From positions 448,538 through 512,537 of the forward strand of contig MU004235.1 of the NCBI GenBank assembly GCA_010405405.1: 64,000 nt of DNA. Direction: 5' to 3'. The DNA comes from Microthyrium microscopicum (Eukaryota). The notes beneath the pieces are model-generated. The model made no database searches. It was not told the DNA's origin and was given only the letters and a program-made list of their open reading frames with translations. Below, one piece after another: positions 13,555 to 25,619 of the stretch (the stretch's first letter is position 1; each line of letters begins with the position of its first letter). A program made the position numbers and the translations under genes.

Positions 13555-15154
13555 ATGAACGAATCTCAAATTGATCTTGTCTCTCTTCCAGCTATCGAAG
13601 CCAACATCCATGATCATGAGTCACGATCATTTGATGCCTCCAACTTCGAGCCAGCTCAGAACACTGATTCAACATCTAGACTTCCCCGTACTGATGGCGG
13701 AAAAGATGCTTGGCTATTCTTAGCAGCATGTTTTGCTCTCGAAGCCCTGATATGGGGGTTTCCATTTACGTACGGAATTTTCCAGGACTACTACGCCAAA
13801 GAACCATCATTCCAAGGACAGACAAGCATTGCTCTCATAGGAACATGCTCGATGGTGAGTCCAAAAGCTTTCGGCACATAGGATGGGAACCACAGACGTT
13901 CCCTTTAGCCTAGACATATTTTCGAAAGACTCCAATGCTGTTTGATTCAGTCAAACTCTTGGGTGTATTGCGCATCTGAGGCAATCGTTGATCAATTTCT
14001 TTCTATCCCAGGGTGTCCTCTATCTCGGTGCGCCCTTCCTCTTCGCTGGTCTCACTCGTTGGCCACAAGCTCGCCGAGCATGCACTTATGTTGGAATCAT
14101 TATCATGTGCTCCGCACTCGTATTGAGCTCTTTTGCAACAGAGGTATGGCACTTGACCGTAACTCAAGGCGTGCTTTACTCCATAGGAGGTGGTATTGCC
14201 TACTCCCCTATGATACTCTTTGTGCATGAGTGGTTCGTGCGAAAGAAGGGTCTTGCATTCGGCATCATGTGGGTAAGTCTAAAATATAGCGTTCCTGAAA
14301 TACGAATTGATATTGACTTTTTATAGGCGGGTACATCTGTGGCTGGAGTTCTCCTTCCTATCATCATGACTTCCCTCCTCTCCCGATATGGCTTTCGAAC
14401 AGCGCTTCGAATCTGGGCCATCGTGGTGGCAGTCATTGCACTGCCCCTGCTATCTTTCGCAAAGCCTCGTCTTCCCCTTTCCACTACCCACCATCGCGCA
14501 CATAGCTCTTCATTCCGCCAGTTGTTTGATCTTTCCTTCCTTACTATGCCTTATTTCCTCATTCTTCAAGCTTGTAACATCATTGAGTCCTCAGGCTATT
14601 TCTTACCCTCTCTTTACTTACCCACATATGCGCGAGACGCTCTGCACTCCAGCAATTTGGCCAGTGCATTCACTGTAACCGCTATCAACGGCGCTACAGT
14701 TGTTGGTACAATTGTCATGGGCACTCTAATTGATAAATTCCATGTCACCACCTGCATCTTCGTCTCTACCATGGGATCGACTATCTGCGTCTTCCTTCTG
14801 TGGGGTCTTGCTACCGATCTCCCATTACTGTATGTATTTGCCATCACATATGGTCTCTTTGCCGGAAGTTTCTGCGCTACTTGGAGCGGTGTCATCCGAG
14901 ATGTTCAGATCAGGACCGACGGCAAAGCGGACGCCGGCTTAGTGTTCGCGTTTCTGGCTTTTGGAAGAGGCGTTGGAAATGTGTTGAGTGGACCATTGAG
15001 TGTCGTGCTCATTGGCGGTAGTGGAGGACATGTATGGAAAGGACAGGCCGCAGGAGGATTTGGGAGTGGCTATGGACCATTGATCGCCTTCACGGGAGTT
15101 TCTGCATTGCTGGGTGGACTGAGCTTTGTGGTGAAGCGAATCGGCTGGCTGTAA
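13555..15154 (+). CDS. MFS monocarboxylate-porter family (MCH-like) transporter, 3 exons
   Basis: DGGKDAWLFLAACF...WGFPFTYGIFQDYY, TQGVLYSIGGG, EWFVRKKGLAFGIMWAG and GRGVGNVLSGP. Confidence 0.88.
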
Positions 15155-15398
15155 GTCATACTGTATAGTAGACGGAAATTCGCGAAGTAATATAATTTGG
15201 AAGACGCAAGTGGACGAAATATAACAAATAGGTTAGCTAGGAAATAGGTGTACTGGAGTCAATTTGAAAGGCGGCTGCATTTGCTATTATACAATTCTTT
15301 TATTTCGGAGCTTGTTAATTATACGACTGTTGACGACACCGTACCCATTCCTGACCATTCTGAGCTAATAAGGCTTGCATAAGCAACTAACTACCTCT

Positions 15399-18300
15399 TC
15401 AAACAATGAACATGAGCTTCTGCACCTTGCAGTGCATCTTGTGCGTTTTCCAATCCGCTTGCTGGCAATCCTTGGAGCAGTACAGAGCATATTTGCATTG
15501 AGAACACTTTTGCAATTCTTTACCATCAGCAGACGTATGACGTTGGCATCGCGAGCATCCCACGTTGATGACACCATTGGGCGAATTGACCGCACTCCAA
15601 TCCAGGAGTGGCTCAGCAAAGGGCGCAGGGTAAAATAAGGGGATGGCTGCTCGGAAACACTCTTTAGAGATGCCAGACCAGCGCGGCACATCCGGTTTGA
15701 AGTCAGGAGGGAAGTTTCCCTTTCCACAGGAACATAGTGCCATCTCATCAGACTTGGTAGACAGCGGAATTCGAGAGGTCGCAGCATACTCACAGCCGTC
15801 TCTATGTGGTTCGGCGCGACAACGCTCTATCATGCCTGGCAGAGCACATTTCCAAAACTTTAGTTCCTCCTCCTCCATTGTAAGGGAACATGAATCCAGC
15901 TGGAAGCAGTCTGGTTGTCGTTTCAATCGTTGGATGAGCTCTGGAGTCATTGGCAGAATAGCAGCATCAAGGACTGTGGTGCCATTTGAGATATCCAGTC
16001 GAACGCTGGACACAAACACCAAGAGTGCGAAGTCAAGACTTGCCGACTCTCCCAAGACAAATGCCGACTTCTGAGGGTATCTGAATAAGCCGCAAAAGTA
16101 TTGATACATAGAGAATATCGTATCTTTGAATCCTGTTCGAATGCTTAAAGGAGCCTTGAGTGGTAGTGCTCTAGATCTCTCTGCATGTTCTGCTTTAGAG
16201 AATGCCTCGTATGAACGGTCAGCGAGCCAGTCTAGCTCACTAGCCTTGGAAATATCGATGATTGGCAAACAATCGATTTTCAGTGAAGGTAGGTTCCACA
16301 GGACGGGCTTTCCGGAGACTAGGAAGGTCGGGTGAATGAAATGTGGAAAGGACTTAAATGCCGCCTCATCGGCGAGAGGTGCTTCGAGTTCCACGTAGGA
16401 TGATTTGCGGGCGATTCTCGTTCGCATTTTCGAACCCAAGACTGGCATAGGGAAGCCAAGAAGAAAAGAGAATGACTGTTCTTCAACGTTGTTGTTGACA
16501 CTGATTTCAAAGTTGCAAGCACTTATTTGACTCACTTTAATTTCAGCTCCGCGTACCAGAGCCGCTTTGACCTCGGAAGACACAATATTCAGACGACGAG
16601 TGATTGTTGATATTCTGCCTGTGAAGGAATTGATGGAAGCCGAAAGGACCGTCTGGGCTTTGACGGTTGAAATAACAGCCAAGTCTCCGGCTGGCGGGCG
16701 GCAAGCTGGAGTATCCATGTATTCGCTTGGGAAGTCCTTTGATATGAAGACATTTTCTTCATCTCCAAGAGCTGCATCGAAGATGCTCAAATCTTCTCCG
16801 AGAATACTGCTGAAGATTGAGGTACTGTGAGGGGTTTTCTGAAATCCGAAGGCTACTTTGGTAGTTTGAGTCTCAAGAAGTAACGTGTCTGAAGGCACTT
16901 GAAACGATACAGTAAGATCAGAACTGCCTTTCCATCCAAGCAGATCCTCCTGGACACCAACTCGGAACTCTTCAGTCTTTCTGGATCCCTGAGTGGTAAT
17001 ACGCCCAAAACATAATTGGATGCTTGAGAAGTTGTGGGTCCAGGCTTTGCCGTCTCCATCTGACATCGGCGACCTCAAAGTGCAATGTAGTGGCGGTGTA
17101 CCGAGAGCAATTGGACGTTCTTCTCTCAATACTTTCAACCAATCGAGCTTTGAGCAGGGTACTCTCACTGTGACGCAAACCACTGCGGGTATGTCTTTCC
17201 AGAATGCAAGGCCGATTCCTGGCAACTTGGAAGAAACAGATGGACTTAGCAAATTAGCTGCTGAGAAGACTTCCATGACGTGGAGCTGCACGTAAAGCTC
17301 CTCCTTGTAGCTTTTTCTAAGGACAAGACGATCATCCTTTTCAATCAGGCTGATGAGATCAGCCATCATATCATCCCAATTCACCGTGACTGTGCGACGA
17401 ACAAGACTCAACAGCAGAGCAAAGCTACGGTGAAGGTACAATGGGCCAGCTAGTTCTTTGAAGTCGATCGCATCGGCATACGAAGATGCCTGGTTCTTCC
17501 CTTCAAGCCCAAGCATGTGCAAATAGATATGGAAGAGTAATAGAGCACACCCACCTGCTTGGACAGACATGGTTGGCATCACTTCTAGCATTTTTGGATC
17601 CCACGCCACTGTTTGATGCTTCCAAGTCAATCTAACGGGCATCTGGTTAGCTAATTGGCTTTGATCGAGCTGTCCAGCCATTGCGAACGCCTTCATAAGC
17701 GTTTTGTTTTTGTCATTGACAAGCTGTTCTGCTGAAGTAGAAATGACTGAAGCATTGGTCCAATATTCTACTGGAAAAAGGCCGAGTAAGGTGGAAACCG
17801 TCGGCAAGTGTCCACAGAGAACATTTTCCATGTACTCCTTGTGGTTGTCGTGGTGTTTCATCAGTTTGTGGGTAAAGATGCTAGCAGAGACTTCGTTACG
17901 CAGCAATGGAAGCACAGCAACCAAAATGTTAAGAGTTCCAATCGTGTCGCAAAGTTGAGCAGTGTCAATGACATTGAACGATGTTGGCGCGTCGCCTTTG
18001 ACGCCGTAGTCTTTGGCGTTGAAAGCAATAGGAGTTAGACGATAAGGATCTCGAAAAACGGCGTTGTTATCTTTCCGCTGCAAAGCGTAGGACAAGGCAA
18101 TGGCATCTCCGCAGAAAAATCGTATCGTCAAGTTTTTGGAATTGCGTTTTCTCAATGCTTTTGACCAAGCTCGGAACTCTGCTCGCACGGCTTTGATGAG
18201 ATTGAAAGTCGATGAAGATCCTGTGAGTGGATTTGAGCCCAGCGGAGAACCTTTGGCCAGCAGAGCATAAGGTATGGATAGATGAAATCCGGTCAGTGGA

Positions 18301-19251
18301 TCAGTACTCCAATCAAGCACGTCAGTACCACCGGTAACAAACATCGGGTTGGCATTTCTTAGGCCGGTCGTACTTCGCCGCGCAGGATCCAGAGCCGCGA
18401 GATCCCATTTGCGATGTTTCAAGACTGATTCGTCTTTGAAATCGGAGTCGAGATGGCCGTAGTTCCAATAGTATGGATGATACAGGGTTATGTCCTTGAG
18501 AGAAGCAATACCCATTTGAGCCGCGGAGCGCCCGCTACCTGAGAGAATGGCAGCTCTGCGCTCTAAGTCTTTGGAGTTGGATCTTAACGCATGAACACGA
18601 AAATGCTTTTGGGCTTCGTCCTCCAACGACTTCAGAAGCGACTGTCGCTCCGGCTCAGGCAATAAGAGCACGCGGTAGTAGGAGAACCAGACGTTCTTTA
18701 CGCTGTCAAGCGTTGAATCATCGCAGAATCTCAGCATTTTGCCATATTGACTCGCATGCCATTTATGAATAGACCCTGCCAACGTCGCCAGCTTTTTAGC
18801 TTGTTTGCGTAGCAAATCCAGAGCGGCATTCTTGATTCGGAGCTCGTAGTAGATCGACCAAATATGGTCATCATTGCCATTGTCCGTGGTGTCAAGCAGC
18901 AGAGTAAACAACAAGATATTACGTGCTGTTGTGGATGTTAGCTATAGGTTTCAGATATTCCAGTGGAACTTGTGTACCAATTATCGCAGGCTGCGTATTG
19001 GAGCAGGTGAAGTCACACTTTCGATCTATATTTTTAGGGTCAGTATCGAAAGTCATCAATTCTGTAAGGTAAAACAAACCAGGTCGTTGGTCAGCATAAA
19101 GTGTGAACAATATGTTGCAAACATCGCTACAACCGAGCAGCAGAATATCCACAGACTCTTCAATGGGTAAGTCTCGGGTCAAGTTTGTGGCAGGAGTTTT
19201 AGCGAGAGGAGAGAAGAGCGCTGCAGCGTCGAGCGCGACTGGCGCATACAT
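15399..19251 (-). CDS. DUF4470 plus C-terminal MYND zinc-finger protein (~1250 aa), 2 short 5' introns
   Basis: The N-terminus TPATNLTRDLP..DILLLGCSDVCNILFT..DFTC..PAIIARNILLFTLL is typical of DUF4470. C-terminal CSRC...CSQCKYALYCSKDCQQADWKTHKMHC is a MYND finger. Confidence 0.85.
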
Positions 19252-20095
19252 GATGCCGTTATTTCCCGCGTTGGCTCACTATCAGCGAAGGTTGAGTTGT
19301 GCAGAAAGAGAGAAGGTTTGATGTCAAGCAAGTTCGAAGGAAAGTTGAGGTAAAGGCTTTGAGGATAAAGTTTTTGTTTGCTGGTGGGTGGTAGCCTGCT
19401 GGCTCTCCCGGTTGCTATGAGCTCCTGAGGAGGTAAACAAACACTGCCAAATTGAGCGTTGGCAGGAGCTCCTGGGGGAAAGAGGACCCCAAAGTTCCCA
19501 CGTAAGGGCTATCAAGAGTGACTCGGATGGAAAGAGCCACCACTCATTGGTTGAAATATGGGAACATGATGGTGTATCGCCATTTGATGTTTGTCATATT
19601 TGTGGTCGAAAGGATTCCCGTGAACAAGGTGCAGAGACCTTGAGGCTTCAATAGCTGAAGGAAATGAACGATTAGCATAAATGACATGTTTGAATCCGGG
19701 TGTTGAGCTCGGCGAAGCAATTCAGTTTTCTAGGCACCAGCGTTTGAAGTGGAAGTCTCTCGCCAGCATGGAGAACTACCAAACGAGCATATTCAGACAG
19801 TTCTTACCCAGACATATCGACTTCACGCTATGACCGAGCAACGAGTAATAAGAAGCGATAGAGAGCAGTACTTGATCAAGATTTGATTATGATTAGAGTT
19901 CATGACGAGTACGATTTACTTCACTACTTGAAATGTAGCATAAATTCTCAACCAGCTACAACACTGCCATCTCATGAGCGTTTAAGCTGACATAGCAGTT
20001 CCTTTTCTGTGGTTGAACTCACTAGAGTTCCTGTCATCCCTCATAACCTTTTTGATCCGTTTTACAATCTCCCTAACCCAACTATTCATGCCCAA

Positions 20096-21391
20096 CTAAG
20101 CCTTCGGATCAATCTTGCACCCTGGACTCACCCGCCGCATCCACTTGGGATACGTATCGTTCAGCAGATCCATCGGTTCGTAATACTGCGTCGGCTTAAC
20201 GACATGCGAGAGGCGTTTCCCCTGCTTAAGGTCCACATAAAGAAGCCAGACTGAGTAACAACGCCGTATATGCTTAAGGAAATCCGAACGCTTCAGCTGC
20301 AACACCGTCTCTCTTCCATACGCGCAGCCACGACAAGTGTACAAGCCTATCTCCGGCATCTGAGCACCCATGAGATTGTTCGTGGGATGATTAAACTGTA
20401 CGTCGGGCAGCTCAACACACATGCGACGCAGATAGACATATGTGCCTATTTCTTTGACAATCCCGGCGTGTAAGTCGCCAACATCACCAGTAAGCTCTCT
20501 TCGCTGCCGAAGGCCCAGCCAGGACTTGGGCAACCAAGGACGGTAGTGCGTGGCTAGAGTATATATTTGGCTCTGGTCGGGTACGATCATGGCGACTCCT
20601 CGAGCGGTTTGGTGCGAGTGGGTGTTGTACATGGGTGGTGCTGTTAGAAGGCGTCCGTTGAAAGCAAACTCGTTATTGAGTTTCTCTCTGGCTGGGCAGA
20701 GAGGGTCATTCAAGGCGTCAGGGCGGATGAGGGCCAGCTGAATGGTGAGGTTTCTCTCGCAGCATCGATCTGGGCTATGTTAGTATTTTATAGTTCAGGC
20801 TCTTGATATATACGCACCCATGGTCGGAAGGAAGAGGTATTGGCCTTTGTGTTCACCTTTGACTCCACAACAGGGGAAGGTACATTTGCTGCAGCGTAAA
20901 GCTTGAACCAACTCGCCGGGATGGAGGGAAGCTGCCATAGCGGTATGGAATACCGCGCCAATAATGGAAAGTGATGACTTGCGAATGATCTGTAGTTCAT
21001 TTCCAGTCTCAGAGTCCTCAATCATTCTGCGAGCAGCATTGCTTGTGTGCGACAGGGCGAGCAGAGAAGCGACGTCCAAATATCCCATGATCATATCATG
21101 AAGCTCGCCCGGCAATGCTTCGAACTTGGAGAAAGGTGGACAAGGCTGCTCAGTCTCTTGCCGAGGAAAGGACTGGAAAATCGTGTGCTCTATGGCGCGG
21201 AGCTCATTGGGATGAAACCCGATGCTGTTCTTGACTGGTGGGACCTCTATATGCCAGGCCAACTCCGACTGGACGAAGAAATCTAGCAGCTTGTCTTGGA
21301 TATCTGTTGAAATTGGCTGCATGTTGTTCTTCTCATCGAATTCGATCCCAAACTTCATGAGCTCTGCCTTGAAATGATTGGCGGGTGGCAT
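20096..21391 (-). CDS. F-box protein, paralog 1 (intron 20770-20817)
   Basis: F-box FEALPGELHDMIMGYLDVASLLALSHTSNAARRMI; spliced YLFLPTM/DRCCERN; C-terminal YTCRGC...KHIRRC...RVSPGCK. Confidence 0.8.
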
Positions 21392-21971
21392 GGCGGCTGC
21401 TCACTTGCAAGTTTCTGTCCAACAGCAGATATCGAGACGAGTAAAAAGAGGGGATGAGAATCTGGCACTTGGGCTGTTAATAGATGCGCAAAAGAAGACC
21501 CAGGTTTGCGAATATTTTTGTGGAAGAAGAAGATGGAAGAGGTTGTGAAATAGTGCGCAATGTTAAAGAGGCGGGATGTGAAAACTGTAACGACGTCTTA
21601 GGAAAGCACAATGGGGCATAGGCATGTGACCGTCGGCACACATTGAGGTGATCTGGCGATTCAAAGGCGGATGCTTTCAATTGAGGTGAGCTCAGGTCAG
21701 AAGGACCAGTAAGCCTACAAGTTGAGGTAGGAGAAGTCTTCTGGTGAATATGGCACACGAACTGATTCATCGTGCTGAAATAAAAGACAACGTTGAGTTC
21801 TGAAGAGATTGATATAAAAGTCATTGTCGTTGAGAATTGAATTGATATCGAAAAGCAAACGCTGAGTCCATAGCACAAGATAGCTCTGGTTTCCATAGCG
21901 AAGAAGTGAGTTTAAAACAAATCCTCAGCCTCCTTCCAATCCAAGTCCCCGAATTCTTTTCTTGCTGTCGT

Positions 21972-23503
21972 CTATCTTCGAGGTTTACGGCGATATCTTC
22001 CTCCATACCAAGCTTCTTTGACCGGTACCTTACTTCCACGTACCTTACACCCAGGTGAGACTCGCCACTGGTCTTGAGGATATCGCTCATCCACGCCCGA
22101 TTTCCATTTTTGAAAGGCCTCTGGGATCTGTACTTCAGGTATTGTCTCCCCCCGCTTGAGAGCCAGGTATAGCTTCCAAACTGTAGGACAAGAGAGAAGA
22201 TGTCTCATGTACGACGATCGAGACATGCCCGCCAACGGCGAAAGAGAGCTGGCCGAATCCAATGACCAGCATCGACAGATATAGTCGCTGAAGTCCGAGA
22301 AGCAGACACCGTCTTTTGGACGTTTTGAATTGCGGAAATGTAGCCGGGGCATTTCGACGTCCAGACACGGTCTCTCCACAAATTGGCCGATGTGCGGATG
22401 CATGTACAATCTTTGAGAGCCTCGGGGACCAATGTGAGTATAGGGTGGAGGGTTTCGCCAGACTTCATCTCGAGCGTACGGAAGGAGACCACTGCGATCC
22501 GGGATAGCAGTATACCAGGAAGCTGGGACTGTGGATGGAGTGATGGCACTCTCAGGTATAGGAATACCGGCGATATGCGGACTCATCATGATATCTGAGC
22601 CACTGCTTTGAATGGCGCTGCACTTTATGGGCGGAATGTGTCGAAACTTTGAGATGCCAGACTTTTGATCTTTCTTCTTCAATAGCGAGTACTTGAAGAC
22701 GGCTGGATTGACGAGGAATACACGCTCCAACGGTCTGTCATAATGTACCGTTGCGCTCGAAACACAATATCGTTCTATTATTTAGTCAATAAAATACGTT
22801 CCAGTACAAAAGGGACGGACTTACCCATGGTGGGCAAGTGTAAGTATGAGCCGTGGTGTTCTGGCCTAATAAGATTAGTCTTACAACCCTCGTGGGTGCA
22901 CTTAGTGTCTTGAAAGAGCGATAACAGGTTACTCGGAAGGGTAGTATGACCACGACCTGAGCGAAACACGGCACCCAACACCGAAAGGGCATGTACTCGG
23001 AGAATCTAAAGTTGTTAGTGAACTTTAATGAAAGAAAAGTCCAGTGTCCAGCGGGCCCTCTGGCAAAGGAAAATTACACAAATGAGAAGTCTTACCTTGA
23101 GTTCTTTTCCTGTATCGGAGTTTTCGAGCATCACGCGGGCTGCGTTGCAAGTATGCGAAAATGACAGAAGTGCGTTTATATCCATCTGTTCGTATATCAT
23201 GAACTGGAGCTCCGCTGGTAGACCGCACATTGTGTAAGAAGGATTATTAGAACCATCAGGTGCTGCTAGTTGGGGACGGGCAAAAGGCTTGAAGAGAGTG
23301 TCTTTGATAGTATCGAGTTCTGTGGGATGAAATCCGATACCATGGGAATCTATAGATTGCATCGGCCACACCAGTTGTGCGGCGATGAAGACTTGCAGAA
23401 TTGCTTCCTGATCGAAGCTTCGTTTCATACTGTTGTCGTAATCCCAGAACTCGAAGCCGTGTTGTTTCAGCTCTGCGATCAGCGCAGCATCAAATGCCGA
23501 CAT
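21972..23503 (-). CDS. F-box protein, paralog 2 (introns 23006-23095 and 22775-22824)
   Basis: F-box MCGLPAELQFMIYEQMDINALLSFSHTCNAARVML; spliced YLHLPTM/ERYCV; C-terminal YICRC...RHLLSC...WRVSPGCK. ATG at 23503 (MSAFDAAL). Confidence 0.8.
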
Positions 23504-24991
23504 GATGATAGTCTCTGGTCCTCGATTGAGCAAGGAAATTGAATGTAGCGATTGCGAGATGCGTGGCAAAGTCGAGACGCCGTGTTGAAGAGCAATTGAG
23601 TGTGCTGATTGCGAGAAATGAAGAAATTTGCGACTCGATTACGGTATAATAGTGTTGCGAGGAATTTGGATGCAAAAAGAGTTGAAGGAAGGTAAAAGCT
23701 GATGGCGAGGCTCAAGAGTTGGAAAACCTGGGTAGTTTATATAGCGAGTTCCTCGCCTGTGATCCGGCGACAGAGAGCTTTGACGTAAATAATCGCACCT
23801 TCTTGTTTTCAGCATGAGGTGCTAGCCGGGCGGTATACAAAAACGATAGGTTGGGCAAGCTAGACGTCGCATTTTGAGGTGCGTATCGGCGAAAGTAGAC
23901 TGTGCCAAGGTGGCAATGTAAAACCACCTGGCGAGTAATATGTGCAATCTTCCAAAGTCGTCTCCATATAAGGTGTCTTTATATCCCTCCAGCGCCGATA
24001 CGCACTTTGCTTTCGAAGCAGTCGAAGGCCATTTGTACTGAGTCGCCTAAAACTCGACCACAGTCACTGGACCACCAGAGCGCCAACGCAGACACAAGGC
24101 AATTCAAAAATACATCACCACGTACCCTTGCGCATCAAATAAACCCATTGATCTCGCAAAAACCAAAATACAAATGTGGTGGTGGATGGCGCTGCAGTCA
24201 CCGGCAGGACGTCGAAACATCTATTCTGTAAGCAGGCCACGGCCACGAAGAGCAAACTTGGTAGAAACAACACCACGATCCTAGGACACAAACATGATAG
24301 AAACAACAAAATGTCTAATCTCAAACTTCATACCTGCGAACCAGCTTCGAAAGAAAGCGTCAAATGATGTGCTGGCCAGTGTTTGAGGTTGGCGAGTTAC
24401 AAGGCTAGTTCAAGAAATCACTCGTCCAGCTTGATACTGGCCTGATCCCCTTATATTCCTCTATGCGCATTTATAGAACTATCAACTACTATCCGATTGG
24501 ACACTAGACAAAGAGCCTGATGGATTGCTAGTAAGATAACGCTTTGCAGTGTTGGGCACTGCCACGACTTTATGACCTACGGACCTATGGAAACCTGGCG
24601 GAGAAGAGCCTGGCAGAAAATGGTATCTTAAACCCACTGAATAGATAACTCGCACACCTAGTTAATAAAAAAACAATTACAGCGGTCAACGAGAACGATG
24701 ACTCAGGCGTACCGATGACAAATAAAAGAAAGTTTGGTTCACGACAAGCACACAGTACCAAGAAAGAATATGGTGATCAGAACGATGGTCTATTACGCCT
24801 AAAATAGGACAAACCAATATCATGCTGGTCCAAACCGTTCATTAGAATACATAAAAAGAGCCAAGCAATCATTGCATAAGCCCATCAATCCTTCAAGGTC
24901 AAGGCCAAACACATAAAAGCCAGCGAAAACCAGCGAGAAGCCCTGCCAAGAGGCACAAATCCCTCAACTCCCAAACCGACAGCAGGTCAAT

Positions 24992-25619
24992 CTAGCGGTC
25001 CTCAGCCCACTCGTTCTCCCGTCGGATTTGGTCCTCCTCCTCGGGGGTGAAATCGTTCTGGATGTTGAACGTCTTACGGATCTCGTCGGGGGATTTGCCC
25101 TTAATCATGTTGGCGACGGTCTTGCAGCCGACGTCGAGGAGAGGCTTGATGTCGAGATAGTTGGCTGCCTGGGAAGAAAGTTAGTTTTGTTCTTGATCAA
25201 AGTTCTGGAAATGGAGAACTTACGAGAATGATCTCGAAGAGCATCTCTTGGTCAACGTTCATGAACTTCTGGTCCCACTCGTCAATCTCGGTTGTCTTCT
25301 TGCGGGAGTCGGCATCGTCATCGTTGGATGCTGGAGGATCAGCTGAGTGGTGCTGGCACCATTCCATGACCTTGGTGAGGATGGTGGTGTTGATCTAGAG
25401 ATGAAATGTTAGCAGCTAGCTTCAACTATAGAGCGATAGGAAGAGTTGACTTACGCCCTTGATAGGAATGGGCGAGATCTCGGAGTTTCCGCTCTCGGCA
25501 CCAAGATCGCCGAGCAAGTTCTTGAGAAGAACTGAACGCTCAGCAGCAGGACGCTCGACACGCAGAGGCTTTGCGTCGTTCTCATCGGGCATGATGTAGA
25601 GGTATTGAGTTTCGGCCAT
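24992..25619 (-). CDS. SKP1: SCF ubiquitin ligase adaptor Skp1 (SconC), introns 25395-25454 and 25169-25223
   Basis: KVMEWCQHH...[79 protein letters not shown]. Absent from the ORF track as a single ORF because of the introns. Confidence 0.97.

Noticed and set aside
7630..19251. Esterase plus two MFS transporters considered as a secondary-metabolite cluster
   Set aside because: No backbone enzyme (PKS, NRPS, terpene synthase), tailoring oxidase or cluster transcription factor in the window.
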